Made by a program: the position numbers and the translations under genes. This document shows, piece by piece, positions 26,363 to 37,929 of a stretch of DNA of 64,000 bases. The stretch comes from Carcharhinus amblyrhynchos (lineage: Eukaryota): the NCBI GenBank assembly GCA_965287045.1, contig OZ336874.1:46314001-46378000 (forward strand), read 5' to 3'. Within the stretch, counting starts at the first letter, position 1; each line of letters opens with the position of its first letter. The notes beneath the pieces are model-generated. The model searched no databases, was not told the origin of the DNA, and saw only the letters and a program-made list of their open reading frames with translations.

Positions 26363-28035
26363 TAGAGTACTCAAAGGGTTGGAGTCCTTGAAATTTGATA
26401 ACTTGCCAGGGCCAGATGGATTGTTTCTGAGGCTGCTGAAGGAGATTGGGGAAGCGATAGCAGATGCTGTAAGGATGATTTTCTAATTCTCACTAGATAT
26501 AGGGGAGATATCAGAGGACTGGCAAAATGCGAACATAGATCCATTCTTTAAAAAGCGATTGAAAGAAATGCCAAGGAATTATAGGCCAGTTAGTAGTGGC
26601 AGGCAAATTAGTAGAATCAATCCTGAGAGATGGGGTTAACTGTTATGTAGAAAGGCATGGACTAGTCAAGAATGGTCATATTGTTAAAGGAAGATCTGGC
26701 CTCTCAAATTTGATTGAATCCTTTGAGTAAGTGACAAGAAGGGTTGATGAATGTTGTGCAGCAGATGGCGTGTACGTGGATTTTAGCAAGGCTAAAATGT
26801 GGCAGATTGGTCAACAAAGTAAAAGTCTGTGGGATACAGGATGATGTGGCAAACTGGATAAAAAGTTGGCTTAGTAACAGGAAGCAAATGGCAATGGTCG
26901 ATGGATGATCTTGCGAATGGAAAGTTGTTTCAAGTGGTGTTCTACAGGATTCGATGTTGGGACTCCTACTTGATATATATATATTAACATGTTAGGGAGC
27001 ATGGTTGGGAAATTTGCAGACAACACAAAGTTTGGCTGAGTAGTAGATAGTGTTTAGGATAGCTAACATCTCAAATGATATAGATGGGTTGGTGCAGTGT
27101 GTGGTAAAGTGGTAGATGGATTTTAAGATAGAGGTGTGAGGGCAAGCATTTAGGGAAGATAAACAGTTACAGGGAATACAAAACAAATGGGAATGTACTA
27201 AAAGGGATAGGTAAAGTGAAAGGTCTTGGCGTACAAGTATACAGGTCCCTAAAGGTGACAATTCAAGTAGGCAGGGTGATAAAGAAGGCATATGGGATGC
27301 TGTCCTTCACTGGTACAGGTATAGAATATAAAAGTAAGGATATAATATTGGACTTGTAAAAACACTGAGGCCACATTTGAATGTTATACAATTCTGGTCA
27401 CCACATTAGAAGGAGGATGTAATTACTCTGGAGACAATGCAGAGGAGCTTTACAGAAGTGTTGCCAGGGTAGAAAAGTGTAGCTACAAGGTGAGACTGGA
27501 TAGTTTGGGGTTATTTTCCTTGGAACAAAGGCTGAGGGTGATTTGATTGAGGTGAAAAAAATTATGAAGGGAAGAGATAGAGTGGACAGGATAAAATTGT
27601 TTCCCTTGGTGACAAATTCTAGAACCAGGTGATGTAGATTATAGGTAAATGGCAGAAGGTGTAGTGGGGACATGAGGAAGAACCCCTCTACACAGAGGGC
27701 TGTGGGTGACTGGAATTTGCACCCTGAGTCAGTAATGGAGCAGGGAGCAGAGCCCCTCAACCCAAGAACCTGGACCTGCGTCTTAAATGCTGTAAACTAC
27801 AGGGCTGTGAGCCAGCTGTAGCAAGATGGGATTAGAAAGGGCACCTGGGCTGGCGTGGACAAGATGGGCCAAATGGCCTCCTTCTGTACTGCAACTTTTC
27901 TGTGTTCTGATACCACTGAAACCTGATTTCTAGCAAAATATCTTGAAATGACGTGGGAAACAGGATTGGAGGTAATTCGTTGCAAAATATTAGCTGGCAT
28001 GTTAACCTTTTTGCAATTTTTTTTCCCCCGGTCAG

Positions 28036-28190
28036 GTTCCTGTATTGTGCGTGATGCTACTGGGAATCTTACTGATGCTATCCTCCCTGGAACAGTGGTA
28101 AACTGCACAAATGCAGCCTGTAAACTGGGCTTCAATTTCTCCTCCTGTGCCACAAATACATGTTTGTATGGTCTAATGAATGACTTCCAG
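28036..28190 (+). CDS. slc12a2: NKCC1 coding exon (exon 10 equivalent, 155 bp, glycosylated extracellular loop TM7-TM8)
   Basis: cag|GTTCCT...TTCCAG|gtgagg; (G)[51 protein letters not shown]. Confidence 0.97.
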
Positions 28191-29444
28191 GTGAGGAGGA
28201 AAAATGTTTTTTAAAGTCCTTCTTTAAATGCGTAATGTTCTGGTTAATTTGTCAGGTAATTGTTATGATTTTACCAACATATATATTGGTCAGCTCTTCA
28301 GCATTTCATGGAGTCCAAATGGTGAATCACAGTCCGTTCAGGACTGGTGTTCCTGAGTGGCATCTAATCTTAGACACAGGTATTGGGGGTCTTAATTCTT
28401 GACTGTTGACTTGAAATTGTGGGAAAAAAAATGACTAGTTTTGAAATTGAGGTATTGCCATTGGCAATTTGGTAAACAGGCAGCACATCAAATCTATTGG
28501 GGATTCACTAGCTTCCGACAGTACCATGTTGCTGATGGCTGAAGAGATCAGTCCATTAGAGGCAGCTTCTGCCACAAGTGCCACGTATGAAGTGGTTATC
28601 AGCTGTTGTCATGGGATGTTGTTTTTGGTATTAGGCACCTATTGCTAAACCGCTGCTCATCATAGTGGTGCCATGAATAAATGTTCGTATGGTCGAAAGA
28701 ATAACTTTGAGGTGAAAAAAGAGGATCTTTTGAGTCCCTTTTTTAAAAGCATAGTTGTCGTAATTAACAGATGTTTTCAATGAAAATTGAATCAATTAAA
28801 AATAAACTAGTATGTTGATCAATATCATGTTGATATTGATCCCTCTTATTTTCCTTCATGCTTTTTGTAGCTTCTGTCGTGTTTGATATGCAGGCTGGAG
28901 TTTACTTGGAGTAATCTTACTTGGCATTCTTGGCTCCCACAACTTGTGGAAAGATTTCAGCAGAGGTCTGCGAAATGACAACAAGCGAGGGGAAAGGACA
29001 ATGCAGGCTAAAGTCAAAAGCCTACAAAAATGCAAAGAAAGCATAGATCCTGGCAAGTGGGAAAGATCCAAAAAACTGCTCGGGGTGACAAAACTATGAA
29101 CACTTATAACAAAAGGATATGGTCAAAAATTTTCGAGAGATCAAAATCAACAAATGGAATTTTTTATAATTACAAAGATGTAGGTGTCTTTAAAACCTGA
29201 AGAGCAATTTTATCAATTAAAATTAGGAAATGCCAAACATGCTGAATAATTTCTTTGCTTCTGTATTTATGAAGGGCCAGCAGGTCAGACATCCAAGGAA
29301 ACTATTATTGAATCGGGGACAGACTTTGACCAGAATTAATGCAAGCAAAATGAATTAAATAATAGCACTCAAAGTTGCTAAATCCCAGGGACAAATGGTT
29401 TCCATCCTAGGATTTTAAAAGATCTACGTGACAATATTGCAAAT

Positions 29445-29725
29445 GAGTGGTTAACACTGCTGTTTCACAACACCAGGAACCCAGGTTCAGTTCTGGCCTT
29501 GAGTGACTATGTGGAGTTTGCAAATTCTCCCATGTCTGTGTGGGTTTCCTCCCACAGTCCAAAGATGTGCAGACTAAGTTGATTGGCCATGGTGAATTTT
29601 TCCTAAGTGTCACAAGTTATAAAGATTAGGGGGATTAGCGAGGTTAATGCATGGAGTTACAGTGTTACACCAGGTATGAGTCTGTGCAGATTCAATGGGC
29701 CAAATGGCCACCTCCTGCACTGTCT
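29445..29725 (+). mobile_element. V-SINE (HE1-like)
   Basis: GTGGTTAACACTGCTG..CCAGGAACCCAGGTTC..GTGGAGTTTGC..GGGTTTCCTCCCACAGTCCAAAGATGTGC..GGGCCAAATGGCC. Confidence 0.85.
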
Positions 29726-30499
29726 GTGATGTCCTAATTAAAATCTTCCCAAATTCTTAATTTGGGAACTATTCCTTTGATTGGAAAATTGCACATCGCT
29801 CTACCATTTTGTAATAAAAGTTGAAGGGAAAATTGGGGAATTGTAAACCAATTAACCTAATATCTGTTCTCAGGGAATTTCTGCCCTATGGTGAATATCT
29901 TGGAGTTTCAACTGATCAGAAAAGGTCAGCGTGGATTTGTAAAAATCATCATGTCTGACTAATTGTGTTTTTCAAGTGTTGACTGTGACGTTAGACATGA
30001 GAATGTCTACGGATGTTATTTATTTAGGCTTTGAGAAGATATTTGCTAATGTCCCTCTGAAAATAAAACCTATTAGTTAAAGTTGAAACATATGAAATTG
30101 AAGGCAGCTGATTGTCCTGATTAGAAAATTAACAGAGTGAAAGGAGACAGAGAATAAGGATAAAGGACTTGTACTCTAATAGGCACAATGTGATCTGTAC
30201 TGTTTTGCAAGGATCTGTGTTGGGATTCACTCATTCATCACATTTGTCTAAAAGCTTAAATGATTAAACAGACACATATGCAACTTTGCCAATGGGTGAC
30301 ATGACCAGCGTAGCTGGAAGCATAAAATACAGTTAAGCAAATGGGGCAAGACTGTAGCCAACGGATTTCAAGATGGTACTATGTGAGGTTATCAACTTTC
30401 GACCTCTAAATGAATGAAATCAGGTACTTCCGAAATTGTGAAAAATTAGCAACTGTGGAGGCCCGTGCAAAAGACAAATTAATTGTGGGACTTAATACA

Positions 30500-32525
30500 G
30501 TCATAGAGGTTTACAGTATGGAAACAGGCCCTTTGGCCCAATTTGTCCATGCTGCCCTTTTTTATGAAACCACTAAGCTAGTCCCAATTGCCTGCATTTG
30601 GCCCATTCCCCTCTATACCCATCTTACCCTTATAACTGTCTAAACGCTTTTTAAAAGACAAAATTGTATCTGCCTCAACTACTACCTCTGGCAGCTTGTT
30701 CCAGACGCCCACTGCCGCCTGTGTGAAAAAGTTGCCCCCTGGACCCTTATGTATTTCCCCCTCTTACCTTTAAACCTATGCCCTCTAGTTTTAGACTCCC
30801 TACCTTTGGGAAAAGATATGGGCTATCTAGCTGATCTATACCCCTCATTATTTTATAGACCTCTATAAGATCACCCTGCGGCCGTCTATGGTCCAAAGAA
30901 AAAAGTCCCAGTCTATCCAGCCTCTCCTTATAACTCAAACCATCAAGCCCCAGTAGCGTCCTAGTAAATTTTTTTCTGCCCTCTTTCTAGTTTAATAGTC
31001 CTTTCTATAATGGGGTGATCAGAATTTCACGTAGTATTCCAAATGTGGCCTTACCATTGTCTTGTACAACTTCAACAAGACATCCCAGCTCCTATGTTCG
31101 ATGTTCTGATTAATGAAACTAAGCATGCCTAATACCTTCTTCACCACTCTGTCCACCTGTGACTCCATTTTCAAGGAGCTATGAATCTATACCCCCAAAC
31201 CTCTTTGTTCCGTAACTTACCCCAGTGCCCTACCATTGACTGAGTAAGTGCTGCCCTGGTTCAATGTACCAAAATGCATCACCTCGCATTTATCCAAATT
31301 AAACTCCACCTGCCATTCATCAGTCCACTGGCCCAATCGATCAAGATCCCGTTGCAATCCAAGATAACTCTTTCACTGTCCACTATACCACCAATCTTGG
31401 TGTCATCTGCAAACTTACTAATCATGCCTCCTATATTCTCATCCAAATCATTAATGTAAATGACAAATAACAGTGGACCCAACACTGATTCCTGAGGCAT
31501 ATCACCAGTCACAGGTCTCCAGTTTTTTTTTCAATCATCCTCTGGTTCTGTCGCCAATTTTGTATCAATTTAGCTACCTCACCCTGAATCTTGTGAGATT
31601 TAACCTTATGCAACAACCTACCATGTGGCACTTTGTCAAAAGCCTTGCTAAAGTCAATGTAGAGACCATCAGCTGCACTGCCCTCATCTACCTTCTTGGT
31701 TACCCCTTCAAAAAACTCAAATCAAATTTGTGAGACATGATTTTCCACCCACAAAGACATGCTGACTGCCCCTAATCAGGCCTCGTCTCTCTAAAATGCC
31801 TGTAGATCCTGTGTCTCAAAATACCTTCTAACAACTTACCCACTACAGATGTGAGACTCTCACGCCTGTAGCTCCCAGGCTTTTCCTTGCAACCCTTTTT
31901 TAAACAAAGGCACAACATTTGCCACCCTCCAATTTTCAGATATCTTACTGTTGACTATCGATAATTCAAGTTTTTCTGCTAGGAGACCTGCAATTTCCTC
32001 CCTATCCTCCCACAATGTCCTGGAATACACTTCATCAGGTCCAGGGGATTTATCTACCTTGATGCACTTTAAGACTTCCAGCATCTCCTCCTCTGTAATG
32101 TGTACACTTCTCAAGACATCACTATTTATTTCCCCAAGTTCCCTAACATCCATGCTTTTCTCAACAGTAAATACTGATGAGAAATATTAATTAAATGAAT
32201 CTCTTGTGGAACACCATGTAGATGACCTTGTTGATCCTTAAGAGGCCCTACTCTCTCCGTAGCTATTCTTTTGGCCTTTATATATTTATAGAAGCTCTTT
32301 AGATTCTCTTTGCCAAAACAATCTCGTGTTCCCTTTTTGCCCTCCTTATTTCTCTCTCAACTCTACTCCGACACCCCCAATACTTTTCAAGCCTCAGTTG
32401 ATCCCAGCTGCCCATGCATGTCATGTGCTGCCTTCTTCTTGACCAGGGCCTCAATGGCCAGAGTCATCCAGGTTCCCTACATCTACCAGCCTTGTCCTTC
32501 ACCCTAAGAAGAATGTGCTTGCCCT
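30500..32525 (-). mobile_element. CR1 LINE, 5'-truncated, with a snap-back at its 5' junction
   Basis: Minus-strand ORFs 31860..32153 (DKSPGPD), 31279..31512 (KFADDTK) and 30747..30938. Confidence 0.9.
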
Positions 32526-33023
32526 GAAGCACATTCCTCTTAAAATGAAGGGCAAGGCTGGTAGAAGTAGGGACCCCTGGATGACTCGGGATATTAGAAA
32601 ATTAGAATGCAAGAGAGTAGAAGTTTTGCTTCGCAATATGTAACACTAGTTAGACCACACTTGGCGTACTGTGAACAATTCGGGGCACACGCTTGGAAAG
32701 ATATGTTGACCTTGAAGGAAGTACAATGAAGATGTATCAGAAGGATACCTGGATATCAAGGATCAAATTACAAGGAGAGATTCCATAAACTTGTGTTGTA
32801 TTTCATGGATTTTGGAATATTCCACTGGAACAACTCTGCCTATGTGCAATGTGCCCAAAGTGTTTGTTGTGGATGAGACACCCAGAATGTCACTGCCAGA
32901 TTGATTGCTTCAAAGCGATGTTCCTGCTTGAAAGTGGGTTCCCACTGCAACAATGCCTGTCACAGACAAATCCTGTGACAACACTGATCAGTGCTGGCAT
33001 GTTAAATATATATAAATTGTATA

Positions 33024-33467
33024 TGAGAGGCTGAATAAACTAGGCTTGTACTCGTTAGAATTTAGAAGAATGAGGGGCGATCTCATTGAGACGTATAAGA
33101 TGATGAATGGGATGGATAGGATAGAGGTGGAGAGGCTCTTCCCACTCAAAGGACAGTAGGACTAGAGGGCACAGCCTCAAGATTAAGGGGGGGTGGTTTA
33201 GAACGGAGTTGAGGAGGAACTTCTTCACTCGAAGGGTGGTGAATCTCTGGAATTCTCTGCCCGTTGAAGTGGTGGAGGCTGCCTCGCTAAATATATTTAA
33301 GACGCGGGTTGATAGGTTTTTGATAGGCAAGGGGATTAAGGGTTATGGGGAGAGGGCAGGAATGTGGAACTGAGCCACGACAGATCAGCCATGATCTTAT
33401 TGAATGGCGGGGCAGGCTCAAAGGGCTCGGTGGCCTCCTACTGCTCCTATTTCTTATGTTCTTATGT
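33024..33467 (+). mobile_element. Young CR1 (subfamily Y) 3' fragment
   Basis: GAGAGGCTGAATAAACTAGGCTTGTAC...GAGCCACGACAGATCAGCC...TTCTTATGTTCTTATG; matches 48935-49372. Confidence 0.93.
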
Positions 33468-35024
33468 ATTTATGTTGTTTTTGGAAACATTGATGTATAA
33501 GCTACCCAAAAAGTGGGTGTGATTCTGAATGAAATATAACAGAACATAAACCATTTCATAAACTGGACAAGTTTTCCAATTTCAATTTTGTGAACTGGGT
33601 GGTCAAACTGGCTGTATCATGAACTATGCAGATAGGTTGCGCATTTCAAGAAATTGCACATTACATGGGTTATTTGCCTGTGAATTCACAATTGATTTTT
33701 GTCCCTGGCCACTTGATGTTGCAGTCCCTCACTAATGCATTTGCTGTTGGATTGTTCATCATCACAACAAGTTTTGCATGCCGGCTACATTGTGATATGC
33801 GAGCATGGTTTATTTGCTCACGGTGTTGTTGAGTTTTATCCAACACTTCCCCCTCTTGTAATGAACAAAGAACAGTATAGCACAGGAACAGGCCCTTCAA
33901 GCCTGCTCCAATCATGATGTCTGCCTAAACTAAAACTGTATGCACTTATGAAGCCCTTCTATTCCCATCCTATTCATTTATTCATCTAGTTGCCCCTTAA
34001 ATGCTGCTATCGTACATGCTCCCACCACCTACCCGGGCAGCGATTCTAGATTTTCACCACTCTGTGTTTAAAACAAAAACTTGCCTTGTATATCTCCTCT
34101 AAACTTTTTGCCATGCACCTTTAAACCTATATCCCCTAGTACTTGATATTTCTACTCTAGGAAAGAGCATCTGACTATCCACTCTGTCCATGCCACTCAT
34201 AATCTTGTAAACCTCTGTCAGGTCACCCCTCAGCCTCCATTATTCCAGTGAGAACAAAGCAAGTTTATCCAATCTCTGCTCATTGTTAATACCCTGCAGA
34301 TCAGGCAGCAATCTTTGGTACTCTGTCCAAAGCATCCACATCCTTCTGTTGCATTGCAACCAAAATTGTACACAATATTCTAAATGAGGTCTAAGGTTCT
34401 GTGCAGCTGCCAATTTTTATACTCACTGCCCCTATCATGAACATAAGCATGCCGTATGCCTTCTTGACTACCTTATCCACCTGCATTGCCATTTTCAGTG
34501 ATCGGTGAACATGTATGCCCAGTTCTCTCTGCTTGTTAATACTCCTACGGGTTCTACCATTTACTGTATAATTCCTACATGGACCTTCCAAAATGCATTA
34601 TCTCACACTTGTCAGGATTAAACTCCATCTGCCATTTTCCTGCTCACATCTCCAACAGGTCTATATCTTGCTGTACTCTCTGACAATCCTCTGCACTAAC
34701 CGCAACGCCATCAATTTTTGTGTCATCTGTGAAATTACTGATCAGACCAGCTACACTTGCCTCCAAATCATCCATACTTACAACAAAGGTCTCAGAACTG
34801 ATCGCTGTGGAACACTGCTAGTCACAGCCTTCCTTTTAGAAAAGCACCCCTCTACTGCTATCCCCTGTCTTCTATGACCGAGCCAGTTCAGAATCCATCT
34901 TGCCAGCTCTCCTCTGAACCTGCACGACTTCACCTTTCATACCAGTCTACCATGAGATACCTTGTCAAAGGCGTTACTGAAGTCATGTATACAACATCTA
35001 CTGCCTTTCTCTCAGCTTTCATTT

Positions 35025-35760
35025 GATGCGTTTTGGTAGATTGAAACAGGCAGGACTTACTCAGTTAAAGGTAGGGTGTTGGGGAGAGTTATAGAACAAA
35101 GAAATCAAACAGTACAAGTTCATAGCTCCTTGAAAGTGGAGTCACAGGTGGACAGAGTGGTGAAGAAGACATTCAGCATGCTTGGTTTCCTTGGTCAGAA
35201 CATTGAATACAGGAATTGGGACATTGAAGTTGTACAAGACATTGGTAAGGCCACACTTGGGATAACGTGTACAGTTCTGTTCACCCTACTGTAAAAAGGA
35301 TATTATGAAACTAGAAAGAGTGCAGACAAGATTTATTAGGATGCTACTGGGACTTGATGGTTTGTGTTACAAGGAGAGGCTGGATGGACTGGGACATTTT
35401 TCTCTGGAGTTTAAAAGGCTGAGGAGTGATTTTGTAGAGGTCTATGAAATAATGAGGGGCATAGATCAGCTAGATAGTCAATATCTTTTCCCGTAGGTTT
35501 AAGGTGAGAGGGGAGAAACACAAAAGTGTTCAGAGGGATAATTTTTTCACGCAGGTGGTGGTGTGTCTGGAACAAGCTGCCAGATGTAGCAGTAGAGGCA
35601 GGTACAATTTTTGTCTTTTTAAAAAGCGTTTAGACAGTTACAAGGGTAAGATGGGTGTAGAGAGATATGGGCCAACTGCAGGCAATTGGACTAACTTAGG
35701 GATTTTAAAAAAAGGGCAGCATGGACAAGTTGGGCCAAAGAACCTGTTTCCACTGATTCT
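35025..35760 (+). mobile_element. CR1 3' part, same subfamily as 30500-32525
   Basis: ORFs 35076, 35305 and 35504. AAAAAGCGTTTAGACAGTTA and AAAAAAGGGCAGCATGGACAA are shared, in reverse complement, with 30540-30660. Confidence 0.88.
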
Positions 35761-35822
35761 CTGTCTGTCTCTTTCTGACTCTGTCCCTCTGCGTCTGTCC
35801 CTCTGTGTCTGTCTGTCTCTGT
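35757..35822. repeat. (TCTG)/(TC)-rich microsatellite at a CR1 3' end
   Basis: TCTCTGTCTGTCTCTTTCTGACTCTGTCCCTCTGCGTCTGTCCCTCTGTGTCTGTCTGTCTCTGT. Confidence 0.8.
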
Positions 35823-37347
35823 CATCTTCATCACTTCCTTGAAAAACTAGATTAAGTCAATGAGGCATAACCTCCCCTTCATGAAACCATGCTGTCTATC
35901 ACCAATAAGTCAATTTGTTTCCAAATGTGGGGACTTACCTACTTTAATGCTTTTTAAGACACCCAACAGCACCGCCTTTTTGATATTGACATGACAGAAT
36001 ATCTACACACCCTACCTTTGGCTCCTCATCCATTAAGTCCCTCTCTTTGGTGAACACTGAGGCAAAGTAATCATTTAATATCTCGCCCGTTTCCTCTGGT
36101 TCCATTCATAGATTCTCTCCACTATCCTTGAGTGGACCAACCCTGTCCCTGACTACCCTCTTGCTCTTTATGTCTGTATGAAGTTAGCAATCCTGACGTG
36201 TCCTTCAGTTTAAGAAGCACATCTACTGCAATTTGGTCAGAGGACCACAATGACATGGTGGCATTAAGATCCCCAACAACGCAGTGTGCCTTGCATTTTC
36301 TATTTTGTGTGGAGGCTAATGTTTCCTATTTAAAAGTTGATATTCTTAGACATTTTAACAGTAATTTGTGTTCTCTAAAATAGATAGCAAATTGTTTATA
36401 GGGGTAATGAATTGTAAATTGAAGCAATAGAGATTGGAAATGCAGTGCATTGTTTTGTGTCAGTGCAACGATTATGTGTTTTGTCGATGGTGTAGAAACG
36501 TTGGAAGGGAAATAGTCTATTATGTAATGGTTCTGACAATTATTAATTTTGAAATGCTTTCATGTTGAATAGTTTTTTCATTTTGCTTAATTTATTTTGC
36601 TAGACTGAATTGCTTTGAGGTTCATTGCAAAACAATTGGTGTTGATGTGGAATAACTTCAAAGTGCTGTACATTAAAGGTTACGTTTAATCATCTCTGTT
36701 TTAATGTGAATTTGGTGCAAATTTTAGTTGCTATTTGAAAGCTGGTCTGTGAAGCAAGCCACTCATTGCAAGTAGGCAGTTGGCTGCTACAAACAGTTTT
36801 AAAACATCTTTTTAAAATATCTAATTAATCTGAAAACTTCTATGATTTTCTCCATGCTAAAAATGAAACACCATAGAAGATGGAGTTTAACAGGTAAGGC
36901 TTTCAATTGGAAAGCAAAATCTCCATATGTAGTAATGTTTGTTTCCTGTATCATACACTAACTGGATTAGAGTGGAAGATTAGATGGGCCAGCGTGTGGT
37001 TAATGGGTTGGTGAAGGAGGGACGAATTGCCATTTTTAGGGACACTAAGATATTGAAATAAAGAAAGATGCCTGAAAGAGAGCATACTCACTAATATACT
37101 TGCGGAAAGGGCAAGTAGAACAGTAATGGAGAATTTAATTTGGAAGGTGGGTGAGTAGAGTTTGAAATTGGAGAGGAAGAATAGAATTAACAAAGACGTT
37201 AGATTAGAACTAAAAGGCTTAGTTAAAAAAAGTGAGAAAATTAAGAGGAAGTGAAAGAAACAGGCTGAAATAAAGGTAAAATACTGACTGGAGGAGTAAG
37301 AGAAATGAAAGAATTGATGAGGTCTGTGAATTCAAAGTTTTGAAAAC

Positions 37348-37700
37348 AATTTTATTCATTTGTGGGACATGGCATTGCTGGCTGATTAGCATTTATTGCC
37401 CATCCCTAATTGTCCTTGGAGGGGCAGTTGAGAGTCAACCGCATTGCTGTCGCCCTGGAGTCGCATGTAGGCCAGATTGGATAAGCACGCGGTTAGGGCC
37501 ATTACTGAACCATTTGGGTTTTCCCAACAATCAGCAATGGTTTCATGGTCATCAGTAGATTTTTAATTCTAGATTTCTTTTATATTCAATTCAAATTCCA
37601 CCATCTGCCATGATGGGATTTGAACCCAAGTCCCCAGAACATTAGCTAAATTTCTGGATTAATAGTCCAGTGATAATACCACTAGGCCATTGCCTCCCCC
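37348..37700 (-). mobile_element. tRNA-derived shark SINE ('family B'), near full length
   Basis: The reverse complement has A-box-like GGCCTAGTGG, B-box-like GGGTTCAAATCCC and the tail TTAGGGATGGGCAATAAATGCT. Confidence 0.85.
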
Positions 37701-37929
37701 TATTGGGGAACTAAGAGGATTAATGGCTACAAAGGGATGTGGTGCAGCTATAAAAGATGCACAGCTTTTGTTTTGATAGATTTGTGGATATATTCCTGGT
37801 TCCAACTTTTTCAGGAGAGTGAGGTGTTTGCATTGATAGACGATCACTGCTCTTGAATGTAACAATGATGTGGGGAGTTGGATTGTAACAAAATCCAAAA
37901 GCATTATTAAGTAATTAGAGGAAGAATCA

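Larger units (their letters stand above)
25085..27910 (+). mobile_element. Old CR1 LINE hosting a nested V-SINE and a young CR1
   Basis: Endonuclease-region piece (EGKEFLQHVQE) near 25120-25165. RT remnants run from ~26365 (PGPDG, NYRPVS, YVDFSKA, GSMLG) to the tail near 27900. Confidence 0.75.
28990..32820 (+). mobile_element. Very old CR1 LINE, interrupted by a V-SINE and a CR1
   Basis: Remnants of KSPGxDG (29380-29410), NYRP (29840), QHGFVK (29925), QGSVLG (30210) and LVRPHLEY (32645). Confidence 0.65.
33862..36180 (-). mobile_element. CR1 LINE, split by an opposite-strand CR1 at ~35025-35822
   Basis: Tail GAACAAAGAACAGTATAGCACAGGAACAGGCCC. RT remnants run to 35020 and resume at ~35823 (TCACTTCCTTGAAAAACT). 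Confidence 0.85.
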
